Positions 44,501 to 56,715 are shown, counted from the first letter of the stretch. The stretch: DNA of 64,000 nucleotides from an uncultured Gammaproteobacteria bacterium (GCA_963827755.1 CAWHCQ010000017.1:32001-96000), one strand, 5' to 3'. Notes: a model not told the origin generated them from the letters alone. Numbers and translations: made by a program.

Positions 44501-45105
44501 TTTGCCCCATCCTGCTTGTGTATTTCACTTTCTTCGAGGTAGCGATAGGTCTTGGCAGTAAGATTCATGGCCAGCAAACTGTCGTCTTTCCCGAGACGGG
44601 TAATATTGATGTCGTGCAGGGTTACGATGCGTGGCAAGGCCGAAAGGCCGCTTATGAAGTTTCCGAATTCATGGAATTTGCCAATGACGCGTATGCTGAT
44701 GGGTAATTCAGCATAAAATTCCCTCGGGCTTTCGTTCTCTGGCTTGAACAGCTCGAACTCGAGTCCGCTGGCAAGACCGGTCTGTGAGATATCAACCAGC
44801 AGGTCCGCGACTTCCGTTTTATTGGGTAATTGGCGCAACATGGCGCCGAAAGATTCGCGCATGTCTTCCAGTTGCTGTTCATAGGCTTCCAGGTTGGTCG
44901 CCTGCCCTGCCTTTTTCTCGAAGCTGGCTTTCAGCTCGCTCTCGAGCTGTTTTGTCTTGTCGAGTTCCAGCAGTTGATCCTTGGTATGGAACCAGTAGCC
45001 GAGAAATATGATGCTGCCCATCATGAACAGGATAACGACTGCACGTGCAGCAGCCGGCCAGCGGGCGACGTTCGTCAGGTCAAGGTCTTCCAGGTTCAGG
45101 TTCAC
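44497..45105 (-). CDS. pilO: Type IV pilus protein PilO
   Basis: LRQLPNKTEV, EFYAELPI, LPRIVTLHD, AKTYRY. Confidence 0.94.
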   Translation of the reverse strand: MNLNLEDLDLTNVARWPAAARAVVILFMMGSIIFLGYWFHTKDQLLELDKTKQLESELKASFEKKAGQATNLEAYEQQLEDMRESFGAMLRQLPNKTEVADLLVDISQTGLASGLEFELFKPENESPREFYAELPISIRVIGKFHEFGNFISGLSALPRIVTLHDINITRLGKDDSLLAMNLTAKTYRYLEESEIHKQDGAK

Positions 45106-45683
45106 AGCTCACCCCCGCTGCCGGCTTCGTCCGTGGACTTGTCGCGTGCACGCTGGGATCCCCGCAGGGTGAAGTTTGCAATCCGGCGGCGGTTGTTTTC
45201 TGTTGTCCTGATCTGGTCAAGGCGTGGATCGCTAAACCATTCTGATGAGTCTATGTTGCGCATATAGTCGGAAACACGTGCATTCGACTGCGCAACACCC
45301 TGCAGTGTCAGGCTTCTGTTCTGCTGGGTAAAGGTATTGATAAAGACGCCATCGGGCAGGGATCTGACCAGTTCATCCATCATGTGTACACTTTCCGGGC
45401 GGCTGCTTTGCAGGTCCTGGATAACGTTCATGCGTGCCAGCAGGCCCTGCTTCATCGACTCAAGGTCTTCAATGCGCTTGATGCGTTTATCAAGGATATT
45501 GATTTCAGACTGGAGAAATTGATTGCGATAATTCTGGAAAGATATCTTGCCATTAACAAACAGGTGAGCAGCAAATACCAGCAGCACGGCAAAGACCGCG
45601 CTGACTACGGTGGTGGTGACGAATTCCTTTTGCTTTTGTTTGCGCAGTTCCTCGCGCCATGGCAGGAGGTTGATATGTGCCAT
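45102..45683 (-). CDS. pilN: Type IV pilus protein PilN
   Basis: INLLPWRE, GVAQSNARVS. Confidence 0.94.
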   Translation of the reverse strand: MAHINLLPWREELRKQKQKEFVTTTVVSAVFAVLLVFAAHLFVNGKISFQNYRNQFLQSEINILDKRIKRIEDLESMKQGLLARMNVIQDLQSSRPESVHMMDELVRSLPDGVFINTFTQQNRSLTLQGVAQSNARVSDYMRNIDSSEWFSDPRLDQIRTTENNRRRIANFTLRGSQRARDKSTDEAGSGGEL

Positions 45684-45684
45684 A

Positions 45685-46770
<1,086 letters not shown>

Positions 46771-46987
46771 TTACCCGTTGTTGAACAACATAGGTAGTCC
46801 GCCGCATTAGAGAATATTGGCAAGTATTTGTCAACTAATGCGTAAAGCACAACAAGTGTTATTGTATTGGTTATCGGACAGTTACCCTTTAAGGTTGAGA
46901 AGTATTTGGCCGGAAAATAATCCGGGTATGTAAACAATGTATCTCCACAATGTTCATTGAACTTGATCACAGGTTGTTGCTGCGCAT

Positions 46988-49386
46988 ATGAAACTCTCTC
47001 GCACTGCTCGTTTTTTACTCTATACAATGCTGCTTGGCGGTCTTGCCGTATCAGTGTTAGTTGTTGTTCTATATATAAAAATCGAGTCAAAGCTGCCGTC
47101 CATCGATGTCCTGAAAGAAGTCAAGTTGCAGGAACCGCTGCGGGTTTTCACCCGCGATCGAAAGCTGCTGGCTGAATTCGGCGACAAGCGCCGCAAGCCG
47201 GTCACGATTGAACAGGTACCGCAGGCGATGGTACAGGCTTTTCTCGCGGCAGAGGATGATCGCTTCTTTGAGCATTCCGGAGTCGATTTCGCGGGTTTGA
47301 TGCGTGCCGCCGTCGAGTTGATCACGACCGGCGAGAAGCGCAGCGGTGGCAGTACCATCACCATGCAGATGGCGAGAAACTTCTTCCTGCCCACTGAAAA
47401 GACCTATTTGCGCAAGCTCACGGAAATATTGCTGGCCTTCAAGATTGAAAACTCGCTGAGCAAGAACGAGATCCTCGAGCTGTACCTCAACAAGATTTAT
47501 CTCGGCAACCGCGCCTATGGCGTCGAAGCGGCGGCACGTGTTTATTATGGTAAAAGTATAAGTGACATTTCTTTGGCGCAGGTGGCCATGATTGCAGCCC
47601 TGCCCAAGGCGCCGTCACGTATCAACCCGGTGAACGACCCCGAGGCTGCGACGACCCGGCGTAATTATATCCTTGGACGCATGCACCGCCTTGGCTACAT
47701 TGACGAAGCAACCCGGGAGGCGGCAATTAACGAGGTGGATCAGGCCAGCCTGCACAAGGTCAGGTCCGAGGCCAGCGCCGCTTATCCTGCTGAAATGGTC
47801 CGCGATGAAATGGTCCGGCGTTTTGGCCTGTCGGTCTATACCGCCGGTTATGAGGTCATCACGACCATCGATGCGGCGAAACAGACAGCCGCGAATCTCG
47901 CCTTGCGCAAGGCCCTGCTCGACTACAGCAAGCGGCATGGTTACCGGGGCCCTGAGGCGCGGGCCAGCCAGGAGGAGTATGACGTGGCGGATTATCCACA
48001 GCTGCTGTCAGACTATCCTCCGGTCGGTGGTCTGACGGCCGCCGTTGTCACCGGGACCGAAGAAAAGGTTGCCACAGCCGTCCTTGCCACTGGTGAAGTC
48101 ATCACGATCGGCTGGGAGGGTTTGTCGTGGGCCCGGCCCTATATCGATGAAAACAGGAGGGGCAAGTCTCCGAAACTGGCCGCTGATGTGCTGGGGCCGG
48201 GAGATGTAGTCCGGGTTTTACAGGCCGGGGATGGCACCTGGCAGCTTGCACAGATTCCGACAGTCGAAGGTGCGCTGGTGTCGCTGCGTCCTGTTGATGG
48301 CGCGATCCAGGCATTGGCGGGTGGTTTTGACTTCGACCGGAGTAAATTCAACCGGGTCACTCAAGCCCGGCGCCAGCCAGGCTCGAGTTTCAAGCCGGTT
48401 ATTTATACAGCAGCCCTCGACAAGGGATTTACTGCGGCAAGCCTGATCAACGATGCCCCGGTGGTGTTTGATGATCCTGCACTTGAATCGACCTGGCGCC
48501 CGGAAAATTACAGTGGCCAGTTTTACGGGCCAACCCGTATGCGCGAAGCGCTCTACCGTTCCCGCAACCTGGTGTCCATCAGGATTCTGCGCACGATAGG
48601 TATCGGTTATGCTGCCGGCTACGCCGAGCGTTTTGGCTTCACCAGAGACCAGTTACCGAGGGACCTGACGCTGGCCCTGGGCAGTGCCGCGGTGTCACCC
48701 CTGCAGATGGCGCGCGCCTATGCCGTGCTGGCCAATGGCGGCTACCTGGTCGAGCCCTACATCATTCAAAGCATCCATGATCCTGATGGCAATGCGGTGT
48801 TTCGCGCCAACCCGGCCCTGGTGTGTCCCGATTGCCCGCAGACACTGGAGAACATTGATGATTCTTCCCCCCCACGGCAATCAATCCTGCCGAGCAGGTC
48901 ATCTCTCCACAGACTGTCTGGTTGATGACGTCGATGATGCAGGATGTGATCCAGCGCGGTACCGGCAAGCGGGCGCGCGTCCTGAATCGCACGGACCTGG
49001 CCGGTAAAACCGGCACCACCAACGACCAGAAGGACGCCTGGTTCTGCGGATTCAACCACTCACAGGTGGCGATCGCCTGGGTCGGTTTTGACAAGCTGGC
49101 CCCGCTGGGCCGCCAGGAGACCGGGGGGAAGGCGGCCTTACCCATGTGGATAGACTATATGCGATCAGCGCTGTCGGGCGTCGAGCAGAGAAAGCCAGGG
49201 CCGCCGCAAGGCCTGGTCACCGTGCGCATCGATCCTGCCAGTGGTTTACTCGCAGGAAGCGGGCAGTCCGATGCGATATTCGAGACCTTTCGCGAAGAAT
49301 CCGTACCGCAACAGACCTCTGATGCAGGTGCCATGGGGGAAAACGGTGGCGGGCCGGGTGGCGGACCGGGCGAGCAATTATTTTAG
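46988..49386 (+). CDS. mrcA: Penicillin-binding protein 1A (frameshift near 48870-48925)
   Basis: EDDRFFEH, GGSTITMQ, RQPGSSFKP, SRN; second ORF has AGKTGTTND; divergent from pilM. Confidence 0.94.
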
Positions 49387-49506
49387 GGCATTGCTGCGGC
49401 GGGCAGAATGGATAAAGGCAGGCCTTCACCCGATTCTGCAGGGGCGCCTTGCCGGCGTGATATGACGAACGTCGAGCTGGTTTGCGCTCCTGCGCAACGG
49501 GTTGTC

Positions 49507-50427
49507 CTACAACTGTTTCAGATCGGCACGGATACTTTCGATCGATGCGAGAAAGCCTTCCTGCTCATTGGCATCCAGCGGTAGTTCGACGATTTCCTCA
49601 ATGCCGTTACAGCCAAGGATCGCCGGTACACCGGTGGTAATGTCCTGCTGTTGGTATTCACCCTCGAGGATGCATACGCAGGGCAATACCCGCCGCCGGT
49701 TGTTGGCGATGGAATCCACCATGGTCGCGATAGCCGCGGCCGGTGCGTTGTAGGCGCTGCTGGTCTGGCGCAGCGCCAGTACTTCCCCGCCGCCGTGCCG
49801 GGTCTTGTCGTTGATGCGTTCGATCGTGTCCGGGTCAAGAAAGGTCGTGGCCGGAACGCCGTTGACGGTACTGAACCGGGTCAGCGGCACCATCAGGTCG
49901 CCGTGTCCGCCTATGACCATGGTGTGAATGTCCTTGATGGAGATACCGGTTTCCGTGGCGATAAAACTGGCCATGCGCGAGGCATCGAGTACGCCGGCCT
50001 GTCCGAATATCCGCCGGCGGTCCCAGCCGGTGCGCTTCCAGGCGTGATGCGTGAGCACGTCGACCGGGTTGGTGACCAGCAACAGCAGGCAGTCCGGGGC
50101 ATATTCGAGGACGTCGTCGAGGATACTGTCGATGACGGCGCGGTTGATGCCGAGGACGTCGCTGCGTGACATGCCGGGTTTGCGCGGCGAACCTGCCGTG
50201 ATAATGACCAGCTCCGATCCTTTCAGCAGGGCGGGGTCGCTGCCACCGGTCACGCGGACATCGGATCCGAAAAACGGCGCCGCCTGGCGAATATCCAGGG
50301 CCGCTCCGTCTGCCGCACCTTCGCGGACATCCAGCAGGACGACTTCATTACACATTCCATGTTGTGCCAGTGTTTGTGCCGTGGTTTCTCCGACCCGGCC
50401 TGCCCCTACAATGCTGATCTTGTTCAT
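49507..50427 (-). CDS. mdh: LDH-like malate dehydrogenase
   Basis: GAGRVG, TAGSPRKPGMSRSD, VTNPVD, GVLD, GGHGD. Confidence 0.9.
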   Translation of the reverse strand: MNKISIVGAGRVGETTAQTLAQHGMCNEVVLLDVREGAADGAALDIRQAAPFFGSDVRVTGGSDPALLKGSELVIITAGSPRKPGMSRSDVLGINRAVIDSILDDVLEYAPDCLLLLVTNPVDVLTHHAWKRTGWDRRRIFGQAGVLDASRMASFIATETGISIKDIHTMVIGGHGDLMVPLTRFSTVNGVPATTFLDPDTIERINDKTRHGGGEVLALRQTSSAYNAPAAAIATMVDSIANNRRRVLPCVCILEGEYQQQDITTGVPAILGCNGIEEIVELPLDANEQEGFLASIESIRADLKQL

Positions 50428-50499
50428 ATGGATTCCTTATGCGAATTCTTGTGCCGGCTATCATAGAGGGCGTGGCCCTGTAAAAACAGCTTCTTCGAC

Positions 50500-51411
50500 T
50501 TATTGGATTACTTTTAGCCATTGCGAGTCTTGCGGCTCGCCACTTGGATAGAGGCCGTTGAGCAGGCGCAGCTGTTCTTCCGGATAATTCGTGAGCGGTG
50601 AATTCCGGGCCAGTGCTGCCGGGTGTCGTATGTTCATCTGTAAACCGTCTTTTACCGGCCTGACCCAGCCACGGGTTTCGATGCGCTGACCATCAAGCCC
50701 CTCCAGAAACCCGGGTTCGAAGTTCACAAAGTCCTTTTTGCCGATGCGCAACTGTAGCGGCCCTTCCAGGTCCAGCCACACATTATGCCGCGAATGACGT
50801 ACTTCTTGCACTCTGCCACGAATGATATGAAATCCGCGGGTATCGCGGGGCAGTGCCGCGCTCTGCCGGGCCTTGTAGGCATCCAGCCCCCACAGCCCCC
50901 GGCCTGCGCCGCGCGCCCTGTCTTCATGTCGCTGATAGCAGCGATAACCCCAGGTATTGGGTGGCACGACCAGTGTCGTTGCCAGCCCCTCCCGCAACAG
51001 CCGCACCGCAAGGTTCTCGCCATCCTCCAGGAAGGCATGTGCCAGCAGGCGTTTATAATGATCATGCTGTTGCCGGTCATCCTGTAACAGCAGGGTGCGG
51101 TTGTACGTATCCAGCAATTCCTGCAGGCGGGCCTTCGCCGCTTCGGCATAGGGCTGGTTGGGCTGGTCGTGATGCCGGGTTTCCGCGGTGTTGATGCCTA
51201 TAAGCCGCAGCCGGCGTCCATCCTCGAGTTTTACCGTATCGCCGTCATAGACATGAATGACGCGCACACGTTCACTGATGTGTTCGGCCGCGCAGCTGTC
51301 CGCGAGGGTGGCCCGGGTGAGGCCGCCGACAAGCAGGCAGCCCAGTAGCAGCTGGCAAAAAAAAGGGGCACCCGGTCCGGGCACCCCTTTTGCTGAACAT
51401 CTTTGCAGCAT
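50500..51411 (-). CDS. Thermonuclease (SNase) family protein
   Basis: VYDGDT..RLRLIGINTAE..DHYKRLLAH..GRGLW; both ends uncertain. Confidence 0.85.
   Translation of the reverse strand: MLQRCSAKGVPGPGAPFFCQLLLGCLLVGGLTRATLADSCAAEHISERVRVIHVYDGDTVKLEDGRRLRLIGINTAETRHHDQPNQPYAEAAKARLQELLDTYNRTLLLQDDRQQHDHYKRLLAHAFLEDGENLAVRLLREGLATTLVVPPNTWGYRCYQRHEDRARGAGRGLWGLDAYKARQSAALPRDTRGFHIIRGRVQEVRHSRHNVWLDLEGPLQLRIGKKDFVNFEPGFLEGLDGQRIETRGWVRPVKDGLQMNIRHPAALARNSPLTNYPEEQLRLLNGLYPSGEPQDSQWLKVIQ
51357..51391 (-). terminator. Rho-independent terminator of rpmE
   Basis: Minus strand aaaaggggtgcccggaccgggtgcccc plus T-run. Confidence 0.75.
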
Positions 51412-51421
51412 TTGCCGTGGA

Positions 51422-51625
51422 TCACCTCTTTCCGAAGCGCTGGCGGAACTTGTCGACGCGGCCACCGGTATCCACCATCTTTTGCTTGCCGGTATAAAAC
51501 GGGTGGCACTGTGAGCAGACTTCGATGGTGAGATCCCTGCCCACGGTAGAACGTGTCTCGAAGCTTTCGCCGCAACTGCAGGTGACCTTGATGGCCTCGT
51601 AGGCCGGGTGGATATCGCTTTTCAT
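51422..51625 (-). CDS. rpmE: 50S ribosomal protein L31 (zinc-binding type)
   Basis: [34 protein letters not shown]. Confidence 0.97.
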   Translation of the reverse strand: MKSDIHPAYEAIKVTCSCGESFETRSTVGRDLTIEVCSQCHPFYTGKQKMVDTGGRVDKFRQRFGKR

Positions 51626-51706
51626 AACTGCCTCTGGAATAAGTACTATCTGCGTTTGCACGGCCGCTTTTCAGCCGCCGCGAAAAGGCCGAGGATAGTA
51701 CGCGAA

Positions 51707-52072
51707 TTACAGCCTGCCGGCAAGCTGGTCGGGAAATGGCAGGATTTCAGCTTCGTTGCGGGGCACTTGTGTATGGCGGTGCGGTGCATGCAGGTAATTC
51801 AGCCGCTCGATCAGGCCATGCGGGCCTGCGACCGCCTTCCAGAGCAGCCGGTTGATGAGCAGGCTGGCGACCATCGGGGTGCTCGACGTCTTTCTGATCT
51901 GGTCCAGTTTCCATTGCAAACAGCGCAGCCGCGGCTGTTTTTGCCGGGGGGCCTGCCGGATCGCGGCTTCAATGACACGGGCGCGTTCTGCCTCGAAGGA
52001 TGCCGGGTCCTGCCGGGCCAGCGTTGCCCAGTGATCGAAGTCATACCCGGACGGGCTGTCTGGTGCTGCCAT
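51707..52072 (-). CDS. DUF3135-type protein
   Basis: FDHWATLARQDPASFEAER..RLRCLQWKLD..AEILPF. Confidence 0.75.
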   Translation of the reverse strand: MAAPDSPSGYDFDHWATLARQDPASFEAERARVIEAAIRQAPRQKQPRLRCLQWKLDQIRKTSSTPMVASLLINRLLWKAVAGPHGLIERLNYLHAPHRHTQVPRNEAEILPFPDQLAGRL

Positions 52073-52213
52073 GCTGTTCTCCTGCCTGTTTTTTGTGGTG
52101 CTTTTTTTATTGCATGCGCCCCCATCCTAGCACGGTGCAGAAGGGACAGGCCCGCAGGGGCCCCGCCAGAGCGGGAAATTACCATTACTCAGGTTGTTGC
52201 AACCCGCCTGTGC

Positions 52214-52365
52214 TGTGGACAAGTGGGTGGATAACTGCGGTAAAAGCGGCTGGTAAGCTGGGTACGGATGCCGGCCCTGCTGAAAAACTTCAATAAATAC
52301 AATTAAAATCATAGGGTTATCTGCTTGAGTTGCCCACAGGCGTGCAGGGTGTTGCCTGTGGATAA
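52214..52365. promoter_or_regulatory. DnaA-box cluster around an IHF-like site
   Basis: TGTGGACAA 52214, GGTGGATAA 52226, TTGCCCACA 52330, TGTGGATAA 52357; AATCATAGGGTTA 52307-19. Confidence 0.55.
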
Positions 52366-52453
52366 CTCTGGCGGTGCCGGCAAGTAAAACTCAAGAAATT
52401 CCATACGCTTACCGATAAGTATCTTGTGTTTTTTTATATTCTCGAGATATCCC

Positions 52454-54907
52454 ATGCCCAAAACATCTTCTGCAGCAATGGACCTGAACGCGCTCCGAGC
52501 TCAATATGCCGATAAACTCCCGGGCAATATCAGCCATATCCGGTCTCTCTGGGACAACCTGCTGCATGTCAAGTGGGATGAGAAAACGTTTCTGGTATTT
52601 CGCCGGCTTGTGCATAACCTGGCCGGTACCTCGTCGACCCACGGTTTTACAAAAATCGGCTCTACGGCCTTGCGCCTGGATCAACAGCTGGAAAAGCTGC
52701 AGGATACAGGCCGTCCACCGAGTATGCGTGAACGTGCCCAGGTCACGGGGCGATTGCAACGACTCTCGGAGTTGCTCAAATCGTCACGTAATCTCGAAAT
52801 CCTGGATGTCGATGTCAATCACACGGTTGTCCCGACCAGCGAGGCACAGTCTGCCACCCGTGTGCTGATGCTCGAAGACGACGCCGATCACGCGGCGCTC
52901 GTTAAACTCTATCTCGAGCAGCGTGGTTGCGAGGTTGAGGTTGCAGAGGAGCCGCAATCCCTGCAGGCGGCTATCGACCAACAGAAGCCGGACATTTTAC
53001 TATTGGACGTGATGCTCCCCGGGCAGCCTGCCGGTGGTATCGAAGTTCTCACGACATTGTGCAAATCCGGCGATCTGGATATACCCGTTCTTTTCATGTC
53101 GGCGCGTGGTGATCTGGAAGCACGGCTGGCGGCGGTTCGCGCCGGGGGGTCGGGTTATTTCATCAAACCCATTGATCTGGCGGCATTGTCACAAAAGATC
53201 GAAAGTCTGAAAGACGCTTCGCACACCCGGTACCGGGTGCTTATTGTCGACGACGACGATGACCTGGCAGCCTTTCACTCGACGTTACTGAAAAAAGCCG
53301 GCATAAAGACACGCGCTGTCACCAATCCAATGCAGTTACTCAACGTGCTCAAGGAGTTCCGCCCGGACCTGGTTCTCATGGATCTCTACATGCCGAAATG
53401 TCACGGCGGAGAGCTCGCTCAGGTGATTCGGCAGGACCCAACCACCACCGACCTGCCGATTCTGTACCTCTCCAGCGAAAACAACGCCGAGCGCCAGAAT
53501 GCTGCACTCGGCCAGGGTGGTGATGCTTTTTTAGTCAAACCGGTCGCTGATAAAGAACTGGTCAATGCCATCACCAACCGGGTCAAGCGTGCGCGTTGGC
53601 TGAAACAACGGCTGCAATACCTTGGCCAGCAAGACTCCGGGACCGGGCTCATCAACCAGCGCGCACTCCTCTCGCAGCTGGAAACCACTCTCAACGAACT
53701 GGCAGGTGCCGAAGTCGGTGCCGCACTGCTGTTTGTCGAGATTGATCAATTCCGGACGTTGCGCGATCAGGGTGGTGTTTCTGCCGCAGAGCAAGTGGTG
53801 ACCCAGGTGGCGGGAGTCATCCGCAGCGAAATGGGGCCGACTGAGCAGGTCGCGCGATTGGGCGAGGCCAGCTTTGTGGTATTGATGCCGGGCGTCAGCG
53901 CGGGAACGGCTTCAGCGGTGAGTGACCGGCTGCGCAAGACTATTGCCAGGCAGTTTTTCCGGGTTGGTGGCCGCTCGAACTCCGTGACTGTGAGTATCGG
54001 TATCGCCCCGCTGAGTGAAAGCTACCAGAACGGCGACGAGTGGCTCAGTGGCGCAGCGGTAGCCTGCGACATTGCCCGTAGCAGCGGGTATGACAAGAGT
54101 TATCTGCACCAGCCGATGAATGAATCACAGGCCGAGCAGGATGAGGATGAGCGCTGTCTGGAGCTGTTGAGGAAGACACTTCAATCCGATTCATTGCGTT
54201 GTGTGTACCAGCCTATCGCCAGCATGCAGGACAGCACCGTAGAGGTATATGATTTGATGGTGCGCATGAACGATGCCGACGGACGGGAAGTGCTGCCAAC
54301 GCGTTTTCTGTCGGTCGCCGAAACGCACGGGCTGGCAGCCTCGATCGACAGATGGGTAACGCGCCACGCGATTCGGGTTCTGATGGAGCGTTACAGCACA
54401 GGCATCAAGACGGAGTTTTTTGTGAGGTTGTCAGCCGCCACCGTGGCGGATCAGGGGTTCAGTGGCTGGTTCAAAGAGCAGCTCGACCGCTCGGGCTTGC
54501 CGGCGACGGCGCTTGTTTTCGAGGTTGCGGAAAGCACTGTTACGACGCAACTGGATAATGCGCGCCGTCTGTTCGACAAGCTCCGTGGTTTTGGTAGCGG
54601 CATCGCCCTGATACACTTCGGCACCAGGCTGGGTTCGCTGCAGCTACTGGAGGATCTGAGCGTGGATTACGTGAAGATAGACGGTTCCTTTAGCCAGGAC
54701 CTCGCCAACAACCACGCGAATCAAAACAGCATTCGGGAAATAATCAAGTCGGCCCTTGATAGGGACATATTGGTGATCGCAAGTTTTGTCGAGGATGCCT
54801 CGAGTCTGAGTGCGCTTTGGCAGTGCGGTGTACAGCTCACACAGGGTAATTTTCTGCAGGAACCCAGCAGCATGATGAATTTTACCTTCGGGGAAAGTGG
54901 GGTTTAG
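52454..54907 (+). CDS. Hpt-REC-REC-GGDEF-EAL signalling protein with degenerate catalytic motifs
   Basis: VHNLAGT (Hpt), LLLDVML and VLMDLYMP (REC), ARLGEASF (GGDEF site), YQPI..YDLMVR (EAL site), YVKIDGSF. Confidence 0.88.
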   Translation: MPKTSSAAMDLNALRAQYADKLPGNISHIRSLWDNLLHVKWDEKTFLVFRRLVHNLAGTSSTHGFTKIGSTALRLDQQLEKLQDTGRPPSMRERAQVTGRLQRLSELLKSSRNLEILDVDVNHTVVPTSEAQSATRVLMLEDDADHAALVKLYLEQRGCEVEVAEEPQSLQAAIDQQKPDILLLDVMLPGQPAGGIEVLTTLCKSGDLDIPVLFMSARGDLEARLAAVRAGGSGYFIKPIDLAALSQKIESLKDASHTRYRVLIVDDDDDLAAFHSTLLKKAGIKTRAVTNPMQLLNVLKEFRPDLVLMDLYMPKCHGGELAQVIRQDPTTTDLPILYLSSENNAERQNAALGQGGDAFLVKPVADKELVNAITNRVKRARWLKQRLQYLGQQDSGTGLINQRALLSQLETTLNELAGAEVGAALLFVEIDQFRTLRDQGGVSAAEQVVTQVAGVIRSEMGPTEQVARLGEASFVVLMPGVSAGTASAVSDRLRKTIARQFFRVGGRSNSVTVSIGIAPLSESYQNGDEWLSGAAVACDIARSSGYDKSYLHQPMNESQAEQDEDERCLELLRKTLQSDSLRCVYQPIASMQDSTVEVYDLMVRMNDADGREVLPTRFLSVAETHGLAASIDRWVTRHAIRVLMERYSTGIKTEFFVRLSAATVADQGFSGWFKEQLDRSGLPATALVFEVAESTVTTQLDNARRLFDKLRGFGSGIALIHFGTRLGSLQLLEDLSVDYVKIDGSFSQDLANNHANQNSIREIIKSALDRDILVIASFVEDASSLSALWQCGVQLTQGNFLQEPSSMMNFTFGESGV

Positions 54908-55028
54908 TCCGTAGCTTCGAAAAACCGGGCCCTGCCGGGATGGAAAGGCTCGTGCACACTTCCTGGCCGCCAGGCCTTTCGTCTGCAAACCCGGCTGCCG
55001 CAGGACGGTCAGCGCGGGATTGCTTGTC

Positions 55029-56501
55029 TCAGTTCGCCGCCACGGTCCGTGATTTTGCCCAGTTCCTCAGGCGGTCAATCTTTTCGGACATGACCTGAGA
55101 CAGCGGCCGTGTCTGTTCGATCTCGGACTGGATGTGGCGGGTCTCCAGCGGGGCGTCCTGTTCGCGCGCCAGGTAGGTCGCGGCGACGATGGCCTGCTCG
55201 ATTTCGGCGCCGGAAAAACCCTGCGTCGCCCTGGCAAGCGAGCGGATGTCGAAATCGTTCGGCTGGTGGTCGCGTTTGCGCAGGTGGATGGCGAATATTT
55301 CCGCCCGGGTGGCGATATCGGGCAGGTCGACGAAAAAGATTTCATCGAGCCGTCCCTTGCGGATCAGTTCAGGCGGCAGGTCTTCGATGACATTGGCCGT
55401 GGCGACGATGAACACCGGGGCCGTGCGCTCCGACATCCAGGTCAGCAGGTTGCCGAGGAGGCGGCGCGAGGTTCCGCCGTCGTGGTCGCCGGAAGAAATG
55501 GCCTTCTCGATTTCATCGATCCACAGCACGCAGGGTGCCATGGCCTCGGTGGCCTGCAGGGCCTCGCGCAGGTTGCGCTCGGTTTCACCGAAGAACTTGT
55601 TGTAGAGGGTGCCGAAATCAAGCCTCAGTAAAGGCAGCGACCACAGGCCGGCGACGGCCTTCGCAGCCAGGCTCTTGCCGCCGCCCTGTACGCCGACCAG
55701 CAGGATGCCCTTCGGCGGGTCGATGCCGGCGTGCGTCTGCAGGAAAGCCGCCTGCCGCAGTTCGATCCAGCGTTTCAGTTTTTTCAGTCCACCGACGTCG
55801 GCAAAGTCGGCAGTGTCGAATTCACAGGACAGGGCACCGTTGCTTTCCAGTAAGCGGTAGCGTCCCCGGGTGACCCGCTCCAGGTCGTCCTCCTTGATGG
55901 CGCCGTCATCATAGATGATGCTGCGGATAATGCGGCGTGCATCGGCAGCGGTCAGGCCGCGCAGCCGCCCGGTTACAAGGTCCAGTGTCGTGCGTTCTGT
56001 CCTGACCTGTTTGCCCGGGTTGGCCTGTGACCAGTGTCCGGCTTCCTCGCGAACGATCTCCTCGAGGTGTTCCCGGTCGGGCAGTGACAGGGAAAAGCGC
56101 GCACTGTAACCCTCGAGTTCTGCCGGGATCTTCAGCGCATGACTGACCAGCGCCAGCGTGTGTCCGAGCCGGTGATAATCGAGTGCGATTTCTTTCAGCA
56201 GCCGGACGTTGTAGGCATCTTCCAGGTAGGGATGAAAGTCCATCAGCAGGTAAATCGTCGATGTTTCGGTTGCCCTGATTTGTCCGAGGGCCTGTGCGGG
56301 TTCGCTCGCGTGGCGTTGCGGCGCACTTTCAAGATCAATGCGCTGCAGCCCGGTTGTTGCAGACCAGGACATTGCCGGCATGGCCAGCTTGACCGCCAGC
56401 CTGGCGAACAACCGGGTTACCCGTTTCTCGTCTGTCGTCTCGATTATGATCAGCGGGATGCGGGAACGCAGTAACAGTTCAAGGTCGTGTAGATCGTTCA
56501 T
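55029..56501 (-). CDS. Ycf46-like AAA+ ATPase
   Basis: VGGLKKLKRW, GVQGGGKSL, WIDEIEK, LPPELIRKGRLDEIFFVDLP. Confidence 0.87.
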   Translation of the reverse strand: MNDLHDLELLLRSRIPLIIIETTDEKRVTRLFARLAVKLAMPAMSWSATTGLQRIDLESAPQRHASEPAQALGQIRATETSTIYLLMDFHPYLEDAYNVRLLKEIALDYHRLGHTLALVSHALKIPAELEGYSARFSLSLPDREHLEEIVREEAGHWSQANPGKQVRTERTTLDLVTGRLRGLTAADARRIIRSIIYDDGAIKEDDLERVTRGRYRLLESNGALSCEFDTADFADVGGLKKLKRWIELRQAAFLQTHAGIDPPKGILLVGVQGGGKSLAAKAVAGLWSLPLLRLDFGTLYNKFFGETERNLREALQATEAMAPCVLWIDEIEKAISSGDHDGGTSRRLLGNLLTWMSERTAPVFIVATANVIEDLPPELIRKGRLDEIFFVDLPDIATRAEIFAIHLRKRDHQPNDFDIRSLARATQGFSGAEIEQAIVAATYLAREQDAPLETRHIQSEIEQTRPLSQVMSEKIDRLRNWAKSRTVAAN

Positions 56502-56523
56502 CTGTCTTTAGCAGGGCCCTGGT

Positions 56524-56715
56524 TCAGTCGTCGTCGCGTCGCGTCGTCAGGCTGGCAAGTTCGCCATCGGGACCGACTTCAAGGTGAAACTCGATCGGCC
56601 GGCAACACACCTGGCAATCCTCGATGTAGTCCTGGCTGCCGCTGGAACAGTCCACTTCGGTCTCGAACTGTTCGCCGCAGTAGGGGCAATCAACCGGTTT
56701 TAGCACTGTCTTCAC
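56524..56715 (-). CDS. CPXCG-motif cysteine-rich protein
   Basis: CPYCGE..QDYIEDCQVCCRPI. Confidence 0.88.
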   Translation of the reverse strand: MKTVLKPVDCPYCGEQFETEVDCSSGSQDYIEDCQVCCRPIEFHLEVGPDGELASLTTRRDDD

